This document shows positions 29,660 through 38,881 of a DNA stretch of 64,000 bases, one piece after another; position 1 is the first letter of the stretch, and each line of letters begins with the position of its first letter. Origin of the DNA: Myxococcota bacterium (lineage in GTDB: Bacteria > Myxococcota_A > UBA9042 > PHBI01 > JACKFB01); the NCBI GenBank assembly GCA_051747385.1, contig JBNJGB010000031.1, forward strand, positions 9,454-73,453. Direction: 5' to 3'. The notes beneath the pieces are model-generated. The model made no database searches, had not been told where the DNA came from, and was given only the letters and a program-made list of their open reading frames with translations. The position numbers were made by a program, and so were the translations under genes.

Positions 29660-30613
29660 CTAGTTGTCGAAGAAGTAGAAGAAGTTGGGCTTCGTGCCGG
29701 CGTCCTGCTTGAGGACGAACACGCGCTTGTTCTCGAGGACCCAGCGGATCTCGCTGTCCGGGTCCAGGAGGTTGCCGAAGACGCGGGCGCCGGTCGGGCA
29801 GGCCTCCAGGCACGCGGGCAGGCGGCCCTTGCGGGTCCGGTGGAGGCAGAAGGTGCACTTCTCCATGACCCCGCGAGGGCGGATCCGGTTCGAGAGGTAG
29901 CCCTGGTCCGGGTTCACCTCCTCGGCCGGGATCTCCGGCTTCTTCCAGTTGAAGCGGCGCGCGTGGTACGGACACGCCGCCTCGCAGTACCGGCAGCCGA
30001 TGCACCAGTTGTAGTCGACGACGACGATGCCGTCCTCCTCCTTCCAGGTGGCCTCGACGGGGCAGACGTCGACGCAAGGCGGCTCGTCGCACTGGTGGCA
30101 CTGGACCGGCATGTAGTAGCGGTCCTCCGCCGGCACGGGGTGGTCGTACCAGGCGTTGCCCTGCTCCAGGTCGATGGAGCCCTTCTTCATCTCCAGGACC
30201 CGGATGTAGGAGTTGTTCGTCGGCCGGTCGTGGTTGTTCTCCTCGTGGCACGCCTCGGCGCACTTCCGGCAGCCGATGCACACCGAGAGGTTCAGCGCGT
30301 AGCCGAACTTCACGCCCGGCTGCGGCCGCGGGTCGGAGATGGAGACCTCCGCGCCGTACTGGTCGCGCGCCTCCTGCTCCAGCCGCGCGAACACCTGCTC
30401 CTTGTCCTCCGGCGACAGCTCCTTGTAGTGGCGCTGGAGGATCTCGTCGATGGAGGTGTCGGCCCGGAGCTCCGTCAGCGGCGCCATCGCGCGGGCGAAG
30501 GCGGCCGCTCCCAGGGTCGCCCCGGCGGCCTTCATGGCCGTCCGCCGTCCGAAGCGTCGATTCCAGAACCCGTCGTCCGTCGGGTCGTCCTTGCGCGTAT
30601 CGTCGTGGCTCAT
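29660..30613 (-). CDS. Tat-exported 4x[4Fe-4S] ferredoxin subunit (PsrB/NrfC/HybA-like)
   Basis: Twin-arginine signal RRFGRRTAMKAAGATLGAAAFARA; four CxxCxxCxxxCP clusters; ATGA overlap with the upstream cytochrome gene. Confidence 0.85.
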   Translation of the reverse strand: MSHDDTRKDDPTDDGFWNRRFGRRTAMKAAGATLGAAAFARAMAPLTELRADTSIDEILQRHYKELSPEDKEQVFARLEQEARDQYGAEVSISDPRPQPGVKFGYALNLSVCIGCRKCAEACHEENNHDRPTNNSYIRVLEMKKGSIDLEQGNAWYDHPVPAEDRYYMPVQCHQCDEPPCVDVCPVEATWKEEDGIVVVDYNWCIGCRYCEAACPYHARRFNWKKPEIPAEEVNPDQGYLSNRIRPRGVMEKCTFCLHRTRKGRLPACLEACPTGARVFGNLLDPDSEIRWVLENKRVFVLKQDAGTKPNFFYFFDN

Positions 30614-31293
30614 CGGCGCGCGCTCCTGTCGGGGTGTGCGTCGTCGTGGGCGGGGGCGGGGTGCTCCGAGGCGGGCCCGTGGCCCTGCAGGAAGCGATCC
30701 CTCGGCGGGAAGGCCGGGACCATCCCGCGATAGGCCGGGGCGTGGGCGTCGTGGCAGTCCAGGCAGTGGCTCCGCGTGCGCGGGCCCGCGTCCAGGTCCC
30801 AGTAGCCGGTCATCCCGCCGTGGGCCCCGTGGTCGTAGTCCCGCTTCTGCGGGCCGTGGCACTGGGCGCAGAGGTCCATCGAGTCCCGGAGCGCGACCCG
30901 CTCGCCGTCCGCCAGGCGGAAGTCGTCGTAGCCGGGCGGCGCGTGGCAGGACCGGCACGACAGCTCGCCGTGATCGAAGGTCAGGCCCGCGTGGAACTCC
31001 TCCAGGTCGGCGGCGTCGCGCACGGCTTCCGGAGAGGGCTCGCGGAGCGTGTGGCACGTCGCGCAACCCACCTTCACGGCCCCTTCGCCGTCGGTCACGG
31101 TCACCCGCAAGTCCCCGTCAGGATGGCGAATTCGCGTTGTGTGGGATTTTGACCGGGCTTTTTCGCCCACCCCCTCCGACCCGGGGACGTTTGCCACATC
31201 GGACTCCCCGGCGGCGCAGCCCATCAGGGCCGAGATCAGGGTGATCGCCAGCAGGCGTGTCGGGCTCCGGTCCAGTCTGCGCGAACGGTTCAT
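30610..31293 (-). CDS. Tetraheme c-type cytochrome lipoprotein
   Basis: Lipobox LMGCAAG; four CxxCH motifs (CATCH, CRSCH, CAQCH, CLDCH). Confidence 0.75.
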   Translation of the reverse strand: MNRSRRLDRSPTRLLAITLISALMGCAAGESDVANVPGSEGVGEKARSKSHTTRIRHPDGDLRVTVTDGEGAVKVGCATCHTLREPSPEAVRDAADLEEFHAGLTFDHGELSCRSCHAPPGYDDFRLADGERVALRDSMDLCAQCHGPQKRDYDHGAHGGMTGYWDLDAGPRTRSHCLDCHDAHAPAYRGMVPAFPPRDRFLQGHGPASEHPAPAHDDAHPDRSARR

Positions 31294-31460
31294 CCAGGGC
31301 TCTCTCGCCGAGTGCATGGGGCGGCCTCCTTTGCTCACCGGGCACGACCCTTGCAAGGAGCAGGCCACCGAGACGACGCCGGACCCGATGTTCCTGTTTG
31401 AGAACAGGCGGTTCCACGGGTCCGTCCGGCGAGCCACCCATCACGAGCCTGGAGGAAGCC

Positions 31461-31733
31461 GTGGCCATCAGCGGCCTCATCGCGACCCTGGATTCAGACG
31501 CGCGACGCGCGGAGGACGCCGTCGCCGCGCTGTCGGAACACCCCGCCGTCGAGGTGGGCGAGCGGAGCGGCCTGCGCCTGCCCCTCGTCCTCGACACCCC
31601 GTCCTGGCGCGAGGACCGCACGGTCTACCGCTGGATCGAGGCCCTCGACGGCGTGCTCCACGTGGACGTCGCCTGCGTGTGGCTCGACGAGGAGACGGAT
31701 CCCCGCGCCCAGGCCCAGGAGGCCACCCGATGA
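31461..31733 (+). CDS. napD: NapD-like chaperone for periplasmic nitrate reductase
   Basis: GTG start 5 nt after a GGAGGA SD; 90 aa; NapD-like pattern (ISGLIA..., PAVEVGE.., GLRLPLVL, VLHVDVACVW); stop overlaps napA ATG. Confidence 0.6.
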   Translation: MAISGLIATLDSDARRAEDAVAALSEHPAVEVGERSGLRLPLVLDTPSWREDRTVYRWIEALDGVLHVDVACVWLDEETDPRAQAQEATR

Positions 31734-34165
31734 CCGATTGGAAGCCCCTCGACCGACGTGAGTTCCTCCGCCGCTCCGCCATGGCGACGGCGACGGCCGC
31801 CGCGGCCGCGCACCTCCCCGCCGGGATCGCCAGGGCCGGCACGCGCCCGACCGGGTCTCCACCGCCGGACATCGACGGCGTGAGGTGGGACAAGGCGCCG
31901 TGCCGGTTCTGCGGCACCGGCTGCCACGTCCAGGTGGGTACCCGCGGTGGCAAGGTGGTCGCGGTCGCCGGCGACGAGGCCGCCGACGTGAACAAGGGCC
32001 TGCTGTGCGTGAAGGGCTATCACGTGGGCGCCATCCTCTACGGCAAGGACCGCCTGACGAAGCCCCTGCTCCGCAAGGGCGGCAAGCTGCGGCCCGTGTC
32101 CTGGGACGAGGCCCTCGACGTCGTCGCCCGCCGCATCATGGCGAAGCCCGACGAGTTCGCGTTCTACGGGTCGGGCCAGTGGACCATCCCGGAGGGCTAC
32201 GCCGCCCAGAAGTTCACCAAGGGCGGCCTGTCCAACAACCACATCGACCCGAACGCGCGCCTGTGCATGGCCTCGGCGGTCACCGGCTTCATCTCCACCT
32301 ACGGCGTGGACGAGCCGAACGGCTGCTACCAGGACCTGGACGAGTGCGACGTGGTCATCACGTGGGGCAACAACCCCGCCGAGATGCACCCCGTCCTGTT
32401 CAGCCGCATCGTCGACCGTCGCTCCCGCGGCGAGGACGTGAAGCTCATCGACATCGGCACGCGCCGCACGCGGACGACGGAGCACGCCGACCACTACCTG
32501 CGCTTCGACCCGCACGGCGACCTGGCCATCGCCAACGGCATCGCCCACCTGCTGCTGGAAAACGGCACGTGGGACCGCGACTTCGTCGAGAAGAACTGCC
32601 ACTTCCGGCAGGACGAGGCGGAGCCCTCGCTCAAGGGCAAGCCGATGACCTTCGAGGCCTACAAGAAGGCGCTCGAGCCGTACACGCCGGACAAGGTCGA
32701 GGAGCTCTCCGGCGTCCCGGCCGACGACATCCGGATGCTGGGCGATCTCTTCGGCGACCCGGAGGTCAAGATCACCAGCCTCTGGTGCATGGGCATGAAC
32801 CAGCACACCCGGGGCACCGCCATCAACCGGCTGGTCCACGGCGTCCACCTGCTGAGCGGCCACTTCGGGAGGCCGGGCGACAACCCGACCAGCCTCACCG
32901 GGCAGCCCTCGGCCTGCGGCACCGCCCGCGAGGTCGGCACCCTGGCCCACGCCCTGCCGGGCGGCCGGATCGTCAAGAAGAAGGAGCACCGGGAGGACGC
33001 CGAGCGCATCTGGAACCTGCCGGCGGGCCGCGTGAACCCGAAGCCGGGCCATCACACGGTGAAGATGTGGGAGAGGTTCTGCACCCCGACGAGCGAGGGC
33101 GGCGACGTCACGACCCTCTGGGTGCAGGTGACGAACCCGGGGCACACGCTGCCGAACCTCCACAAGCTCTTCCGGGCGAAGGAGGGCCTGGAGGACAAGT
33201 TCCTCATCGTCTCGGACGTCTACCCGACGGCCACCACGGAGCTGGCCGACCTGGTGCTGCCCGCGGCCCTGTGGGTCGAGAAGAACGGCATGTTCGGCAA
33301 CTCCGAGCGGCGGACCCAGCAGTGGTTCCGCCAGGTCATGCCGCCGGGCGACGCCCGCGACGACTGCTGGCAGACCATCGCGGTGGCCCGGCGCCTGTAC
33401 GACCTGGGCTTCCCCGGGATGCGCGACAAGGACGGCCACTTCCTGTTCCGCGTGACCGACGACGACGGCCGCGAGGTCCCGGTCTGGGAGTGGGAGCACT
33501 ACTACGACGTCAACGTCGACGAGGCGCTGTTCGACGAGTACCGGGAGTTCTCGTTCAAGAAGCACAAGCACCTGGCGCCCTACAGCGAGTACGTGAAGGC
33601 GCGCGGCCTGCGCTGGCCGGTGGTCGAGCAGCCGGACGGGAGCTGGCGGGAGACGGGCTTCCGCTTCTCGGGCTTCGACGACCCGTTCGTCTCCGAGGGG
33701 AAGGACATCGAGTTCTACCACTCCACCACGGGCGACGGCCGGGCGCAGATCTGGTTCATGCCCCACGAGTTCCCGCCGGAGATGCCCGACGACGAGTACC
33801 CGTTCTGGCTCTGCACGGGCCGCGTCCTGGAGCACTGGCACACGGGGACCATGACCATCCGGGTGCCCCAGCTGAAGCGCTCCATGCCCACGGCCTACGT
33901 GGAGCTCCACCGGGACGACGCCCTGGAGCTGGGCGTGACCAACGGCGACGTGGTCGTCATCGAGTCCCGCCGCGGGGAGGTGGAGGTCCCGGTCTGGATC
34001 GACGGGCGGGGCAAGCCGCCGCGGCGCTACGCCTTCGTGCCGTTCTTCGACGAGACGAAGCTCGTGAACACCGTCACCCTCGACGCCCACGACCCCATCT
34101 CGAAGCAGCCGGACTACAAGAAGTGCGCGGTCCGGATCCGCAAGAGCACCGGGTCGAAGGCGTAG
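31730..34165 (+). CDS. napA: Periplasmic nitrate reductase catalytic subunit NapA (molybdopterin oxidoreductase)
   Basis: Twin-arginine signal DRREFLRRSAMATATAAAAA; N-terminal 4Fe-4S CRFCGTGC...C; full-length NapA-type molybdopterin domains. Confidence 0.9.
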   Translation: MTDWKPLDRREFLRRSAMATATAAAAAHLPAGIARAGTRPTGSPPPDIDGVRWDKAPCRFCGTGCHVQVGTRGGKVVAVAGDEAADVNKGLLCVKGYHVGAILYGKDRLTKPLLRKGGKLRPVSWDEALDVVARRIMAKPDEFAFYGSGQWTIPEGYAAQKFTKGGLSNNHIDPNARLCMASAVTGFISTYGVDEPNGCYQDLDECDVVITWGNNPAEMHPVLFSRIVDRRSRGEDVKLIDIGTRRTRTTEHADHYLRFDPHGDLAIANGIAHLLLENGTWDRDFVEKNCHFRQDEAEPSLKGKPMTFEAYKKALEPYTPDKVEELSGVPADDIRMLGDLFGDPEVKITSLWCMGMNQHTRGTAINRLVHGVHLLSGHFGRPGDNPTSLTGQPSACGTAREVGTLAHALPGGRIVKKKEHREDAERIWNLPAGRVNPKPGHHTVKMWERFCTPTSEGGDVTTLWVQVTNPGHTLPNLHKLFRAKEGLEDKFLIVSDVYPTATTELADLVLPAALWVEKNGMFGNSERRTQQWFRQVMPPGDARDDCWQTIAVARRLYDLGFPGMRDKDGHFLFRVTDDDGREVPVWEWEHYYDVNVDEALFDEYREFSFKKHKHLAPYSEYVKARGLRWPVVEQPDGSWRETGFRFSGFDDPFVSEGKDIEFYHSTTGDGRAQIWFMPHEFPPEMPDDEYPFWLCTGRVLEHWHTGTMTIRVPQLKRSMPTAYVELHRDDALELGVTNGDVVVIESRRGEVEVPVWIDGRGKPPRRYAFVPFFDETKLVNTVTLDAHDPISKQPDYKKCAVRIRKSTGSKA

Positions 34166-34168
34166 GCG

Positions 34169-34951
34169 ATGGAGGACAAGCCCGTGAAGAGCGACACCTC
34201 CGAGCGTTCGCCGGTCCTGACGGTGGCCCTGGCCGTGATCATCGGCGTGGCCCTGGCCGGCTTCTTCGTCGGCATCCGGCCGCTGCCCGAGTCCGCGCCC
34301 CCGGCCGCCGCCGCATCGGAATCCGACGGCGCCGCCCCGCAGGTGAGCGTCCAGCCCGCGAAGAGCTACACGGAGCTGTGGGAGACCGATCGTGGCCCCA
34401 ACGCCGGCGGCTTCTCCGACCTGGCGACCCTGCGCAAGAACGCGCCGGAGGCGCCCGGGACCGCCCCCGGGATGGAGGCGAAGCTGGCCTCCCTGGAGGC
34501 TCGGTCCGACAACCGCGCCTACGACGGCGCCCCGCCCACGGTCCCCCACGCCATCGACCCGCGGGACGCCTCGTCGTGCCTGACGTGTCACGGCGAGGGC
34601 GTGACCATGGCGGGCCGGACCGCCTCTCCCATCCCGCACCCGCCGTACGCGAACTGCACACAGTGCCACGCCCCGGACGGCGGGCCGCGCTGGGCGGACG
34701 AGCCGACTTCGACGGACAACTCCTTCGTCGGCCTGGCCGCGCCCACCGGCGGCCCCAAGGCACACCCGGCCGCGCCGCCGCAGATCCCGCACCCCACGCG
34801 GATGCGCTCGGACTGCGGAAGCTGTCACGGCCCCTACGGCGCGCCGGGGCTCCGGAGCACCCACTCGGACGACCGCCGGAGCTGCACCCAGTGCCACGCC
34901 CCGTCGGCGCAGGAGGACCGGCGCGACTGGTTCGACCAGGTGGAGATGTAG
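34169..34951 (+). CDS. Membrane-anchored tetraheme cytochrome c built from tandem NapB-like diheme modules
   Basis: N-terminal TM; two repeats each with PP.(V/I)PH...C(L/G)(T/S)CHG and C(T)QCHAP, as in NapB. Confidence 0.65.
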   Translation: MEDKPVKSDTSERSPVLTVALAVIIGVALAGFFVGIRPLPESAPPAAAASESDGAAPQVSVQPAKSYTELWETDRGPNAGGFSDLATLRKNAPEAPGTAPGMEAKLASLEARSDNRAYDGAPPTVPHAIDPRDASSCLTCHGEGVTMAGRTASPIPHPPYANCTQCHAPDGGPRWADEPTSTDNSFVGLAAPTGGPKAHPAAPPQIPHPTRMRSDCGSCHGPYGAPGLRSTHSDDRRSCTQCHAPSAQEDRRDWFDQVEM

Positions 34952-34959
34952 GGGGACGT

Positions 34960-35613
34960 GTGAGCCGAGCCGCCACCAGCCGCCGCGGGTTCTTCCGCGG
35001 CTTCGTGCGCGAGCTTGCGGGGGCGGCCGGCTCCGTCGCCCGGGAGCTGGAGGCCCCACGGGAGGAGCCCCCGCCCCCGGCGGACGAGTCGGCCCCTCCC
35101 GCGCCGCGCCGCCGTCCGCCGCCGCCGGTGCATCGCCCTCCGGGGGCCATCGACGAGGCCTCCTTCCTGGAGGTCTGCACGGGCTGCGACGCGTGCGCCG
35201 AGGCGTGCCCCCACGGCTCCATCGTCCCGGCCCCGCCTCGCCTGCGCCACGCCGCCGGCACGCCGGTCATCGACCCGCACCGCGCGCCCTGTCACCTGTG
35301 CCCCGACACGCCGTGCATCTCCGCCTGCGAGCCCGGCGCGCTGCGCCCCGACCAGCCCCGCCGGATGGGCACCGCCCACATCCAGAAGCACCAGTGCCTC
35401 TCCTGGCGGAACGAGATGTGCTCGGTCTGCATCGAGCGCTGCCCGGTGCCGGGCGCGCTGACCTCGGACCGCGGTCGCCCCGTCGTGGACGGGTCCCTGT
35501 GCGACGGCTGCGGCCTCTGCATGTGGTACTGCCCGGCGCCCGTGAACGCCATCCTCGTCCTGCCGGCCCGCGATCGACCCGCCCCACCCACGGAGACTCC
35601 CGATGCAGGCTGA
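34960..35613 (+). CDS. napG: NapG-like Tat-exported ferredoxin
   Basis: GTG start; SRRGFFRGF twin-arginine motif; RPPGAIDEASFLEVCTGCDACAEACP and PCHLCPDTPCISACEPGAL align with NapG. Confidence 0.8.
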   Translation: MSRAATSRRGFFRGFVRELAGAAGSVARELEAPREEPPPPADESAPPAPRRRPPPPVHRPPGAIDEASFLEVCTGCDACAEACPHGSIVPAPPRLRHAAGTPVIDPHRAPCHLCPDTPCISACEPGALRPDQPRRMGTAHIQKHQCLSWRNEMCSVCIERCPVPGALTSDRGRPVVDGSLCDGCGLCMWYCPAPVNAILVLPARDRPAPPTETPDAG

Positions 35614-35917
35614 CGCCCCCGTCCGGACCGAGGACCTGCCCCCCGTCTACAGGGCGGACCTGGACCCGGAGACCCTGGACGCCCTCTTCGCCGACGTGGC
35701 CGCCCACGCGGACCTCCTCGGCTGCGTCCTGAAGGGCGGCGCCGAGGAGTACGCCGACGGCGTCTGCCCCCTCGGACGCGCACACGACCTGCTGTCCACC
35801 CGCGCCGTCCGGGGCGTCCAGCTCCGCTACCGCCACGACGGCAACGAGTGGTGGGACACCCTCATCTCGGCCGACCCCGACACCGTGCGCCTCGTCCGCA
35901 TCCGGCACGAGGTCTAG
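35603..35917 (+). CDS. Hypothetical protein co-transcribed with nap genes
   Basis: 104 aa, 11-nt overlap with napG; no family recognised. Confidence 0.4.
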   Translation: MQADAPVRTEDLPPVYRADLDPETLDALFADVAAHADLLGCVLKGGAEEYADGVCPLGRAHDLLSTRAVRGVQLRYRHDGNEWWDTLISADPDTVRLVRIRHEV

Positions 35918-36208
35918 TCGCACAGGACGGCGCTCACCGCTCCGCGTCGCGGCCGGGTCGCGAACGGCCCCACCCGTCGCCGCCCTCGGCGCCGAGGCGC
36001 TCCAGCAACCAGGCCTGGAGGCGCGCCTGGATCTGCTCCTCGCTCTCCTCGGGGTGGCGGCGCCGCAGGTTCTGGTGCATCAGCGCGCCGCCCTCGTCGA
36101 AGAGGTCGAGCGCTGCCCGGAGGCGGTCCGCAGGGGTCTCGGTCGGGAGGTCGGTCCTCCACGGCCCGTTGTACCGGTTGCCTCGGGCGCCGTCATCGCA
36201 CGGCCCGT

Positions 36209-37537
36209 CTACGCCGGCCCCTCGCGCAGGAACTGCCGCAGCGTGATCCCGCGGATCCGGTCCGTCTCGAACGGCTCGCTGCCGACGACGACGAGGCGAC
36301 GCGAGGGCAGCGTCTTCGGGAACCACCCGAAGTCGAGGGGCCCGACGCGGCCGCGCTTCACCTCGACCATGGTGTCGTCGCCCACGACGAAGTCGACCTC
36401 GTGCTTGCGGCTGCTCCAGTAGGGGAGGAGCTCGGGGGCCTCGACGCCGGCGATGGCTGCGCGCCGCCACAGCTCCTGGGCCACCAGCCACTCGATCCAG
36501 GAGGCCTGCTGCTCCGGGGGCAGCCCGCGGAACTCGTCTACGGAGCGGAGCCGGGCCGGGTGCCAGCAGACGGCCGCCAGCAAGTTGATGAACGGGTACT
36601 TCGCCGGTCTTCGCGTGGCGCGGACCTGCTTCGACTCATCCCAGGCGTGGGAGAGCCCCAGCACCAGGATGTCGGCCAGCTGCTCGACGTAGCCGGCCGC
36701 CACGGTGTTGTTGGCCAGACCCGCCTCCCGGGCCAGCCGTGCCTGGCCCACCGGGGTCCCGCCTCGCCGCAGCAGGACGTCCATGACCGCCATGAGCGCG
36801 GCGCGAGACCGCCCGGAGCGGGCCATCTCGCCGTGGATCCAGTCCCGCACGATCTCGACGACGAACGGGCTGAGTCGCCCCTCCGTGGCCAGCTCGGCGA
36901 GGGCGACGGGGCTCCCTCCGGACAGGAGGTAGACCCACACTGCGTCATCCGGGCTCACCCGGGGCTCGTGGCCCTGGCAGCAGGCCTCCTCGAAGGCGGA
37001 GAAGGACACCGGCGTGAAGTACCAGCTCGTGCGCTCGAGCCGCCCCTTGCGCCCGGGGAGACGCTCGGCCCCGCGCCTCAGGTCCGTCGCGCGAGAGCCG
37101 GTCGTGATCACCAGCACGCGCTCCAGCGTCCCCGCGTCCACCAAACGCTTGAGGGCCCGCTCCCACTCGTCGACGGCGGTGATCTCGTCGATGAACAGTC
37201 GCCGCACCGCCGCCTCGCGGGCATACAGCGGGACGACCGCCTCCACGGCCTCGCGGAGCGCAGCGGCGTCCGTGATCTCGTCCCCGTTCAAGTAGAAGGC
37301 CGAGCCCGGCCCGAACTCGTCGATGGTGCGCCGGACCTGCGCCTCCAGCCACGTGCTCTTGCCGTACTGCCGGGCGCCCCGGATCAGCAGGATACCGGGC
37401 TCGGTCGGCAGACGCTCCAACCCGAAATCCACGTCGAAGCGCACAGCCCGGCGCTCCACCCGGTCCAGGTGTGGCAGGACCCCCGGCTGGTCGATGGCGC
37501 CGCGGAACAGCGCGTCGTTGATATCACTAACGTCCAC
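36209..37537 (-). CDS. AAA-family ATPase with DUF4143-like C-terminal region
   Basis: Walker A GARQYGKST, Walker B RRLFIDEI; 442 aa; GTG start embedded in a palindromic operator. Confidence 0.75.
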   Translation of the reverse strand: MDVSDINDALFRGAIDQPGVLPHLDRVERRAVRFDVDFGLERLPTEPGILLIRGARQYGKSTWLEAQVRRTIDEFGPGSAFYLNGDEITDAAALREAVEAVVPLYAREAAVRRLFIDEITAVDEWERALKRLVDAGTLERVLVITTGSRATDLRRGAERLPGRKGRLERTSWYFTPVSFSAFEEACCQGHEPRVSPDDAVWVYLLSGGSPVALAELATEGRLSPFVVEIVRDWIHGEMARSGRSRAALMAVMDVLLRRGGTPVGQARLAREAGLANNTVAAGYVEQLADILVLGLSHAWDESKQVRATRRPAKYPFINLLAAVCWHPARLRSVDEFRGLPPEQQASWIEWLVAQELWRRAAIAGVEAPELLPYWSSRKHEVDFVVGDDTMVEVKRGRVGPLDFGWFPKTLPSRRLVVVGSEPFETDRIRGITLRQFLREGPA

Positions 37538-37569
37538 ACCGTTAGCCTACCTAACGATATGACCGTTAG
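37527..37569. promoter_or_regulatory. Tandem palindromic operator CTAACG-N7-CGTTAG-N5-CTAACG-N7-CGTTAG overlapping the AAA ATPase start codon
   Basis: Perfect 6-bp arms repeated four times in alternating orientation inside a locally AT-rich stretch; divergent region shared with the Trx-CcdA gene. Confidence 0.55.
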
Positions 37570-37662
37570 CAACAATCAGTCCTCCGTCTCACGCCTTGAC
37601 GCCCACCGGAGGAGGGTCATCCTCGGGGTGAGACCTCCCCTTCGCGAGGCGCCGAGGTGCCC

Positions 37663-38853
37663 ATGCGGACCGCGCCGCACGTCCTCGTCCTCCTCGTCGC
37701 CGTGTCCCTGCCGGCCGGGGCGGCGGCGCCCGAGCCCTGCGATCCGGACGAGGCCCTGTGCGAGGCGCCGGCCGTCCCGGAGGGGCCGGCGGCCGAGGAG
37801 GCGGCCACGGAGGCGGCTTCGGACACCCTGGTCGTGTTCTGGGGCGTGGGCTGCCCGCGCTGCGAGGAGGCCCGGCCGTTCGTGCGCGAGCTGGTTCGAC
37901 GCACCCCCGGGCTCGAGGCCGAGTGGGTCGAGGTCCGCCGGAGCGAGGAGGGGCGCCGCCGCTTCGAGCGCACCATGCGGCGCCTCGACGCCCGCGCGGT
38001 GGGCCTGCCGACCTTCGTGCTCGGCGACGGCTACGTCGTCGGCTGGCAGGCCGGGGTGACGGACGAGCGGCTCACGACGCTGGTCCGCGGGTCGGAACCC
38101 GGCTCTCCGGCCGCCCTGGTGCTCCCGCTGGTCGGCGAGATCGACCCCTCGGCCTGGTCGCTCCTGGCGCTCACCCTGGTCATCGGCCTGGTAGACGGCG
38201 TGAACCCCTGCGCCATGTGGGTGCTGGTGGTCCTGCTCAGCATCCTCGTCCACGTGCGCTCGAGGCGCCGCCTGCTCCTCTTCGGCGGCACGTTCGTCCT
38301 CGTCTCGGGCTTCGTCTACTTCCTGTTCATGACGGCCTGGATCGGCGTGTTCGGGCTCCTCGGCCTGTCGCGCGCGGTCACGATCGTCCTGGGCGCCGTG
38401 GTCACGGCCATGGGGCTGGTGAACCTCAAGGAGGTCTTCTGGTTCAAGCGCGGGCCGTCACTCATGATCCCGGAGAAGGCCAAGCCCGGCCTCTACCGGC
38501 GCATGCGCGGCATCGCCCGCTCCGGCCGCCTGCCCGCGGCGCTGGCCGGCATCACCGCCCTGGCCTTCCTGGTGAACCTGGTGGAGCTTGGCTGCACCCT
38601 CGGCCTGCCGGCCATCTACACGCGCCTCCTCAGCCTGCGGACCGAGCTGTCCACCGCCGAGCGCCTGGGCTGCCTGGCGCTCTACAACACGGCCTATATC
38701 GTCCCCCTGGCCCTCATCGTGGTCACCTATGCCGTGACGCTCCACCGCGTGACGCTGGGCGAGCGCAGCGCCCGCGCCCTCAAGGGCATCAGCGGCGTGG
38801 TCCTGGTGATCCTCGGCCTCCTGCTCCTCCTCGCGCCGGAGGCCGTGGGCTAG
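37663..38853 (+). CDS. Thiol:disulfide interchange protein: periplasmic thioredoxin-like domain fused to CcdA/DsbD-like transmembrane domain
   Basis: Signal peptide; WGVGCPRCEE (CxxC); TM core with GVNPCAMW and LGCTLGLP cysteines typical of DsbD/CcdA. Confidence 0.75.
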   Translation: MRTAPHVLVLLVAVSLPAGAAAPEPCDPDEALCEAPAVPEGPAAEEAATEAASDTLVVFWGVGCPRCEEARPFVRELVRRTPGLEAEWVEVRRSEEGRRRFERTMRRLDARAVGLPTFVLGDGYVVGWQAGVTDERLTTLVRGSEPGSPAALVLPLVGEIDPSAWSLLALTLVIGLVDGVNPCAMWVLVVLLSILVHVRSRRRLLLFGGTFVLVSGFVYFLFMTAWIGVFGLLGLSRAVTIVLGAVVTAMGLVNLKEVFWFKRGPSLMIPEKAKPGLYRRMRGIARSGRLPAALAGITALAFLVNLVELGCTLGLPAIYTRLLSLRTELSTAERLGCLALYNTAYIVPLALIVVTYAVTLHRVTLGERSARALKGISGVVLVILGLLLLLAPEAVG

Positions 38854-38881
38854 AGCACCGCCCGGTGGTAGCAAGGGCGCC

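Noticed and set aside
31349-31356. CTTGCAAG palindrome in the napD / cytochrome divergent promoter as a possible FNR/CRP-type site
   Set aside because: It is only 8 bp, does not match the TTGAT-N4-ATCAA consensus, and occurs by chance at appreciable frequency. It is not reported as a feature.
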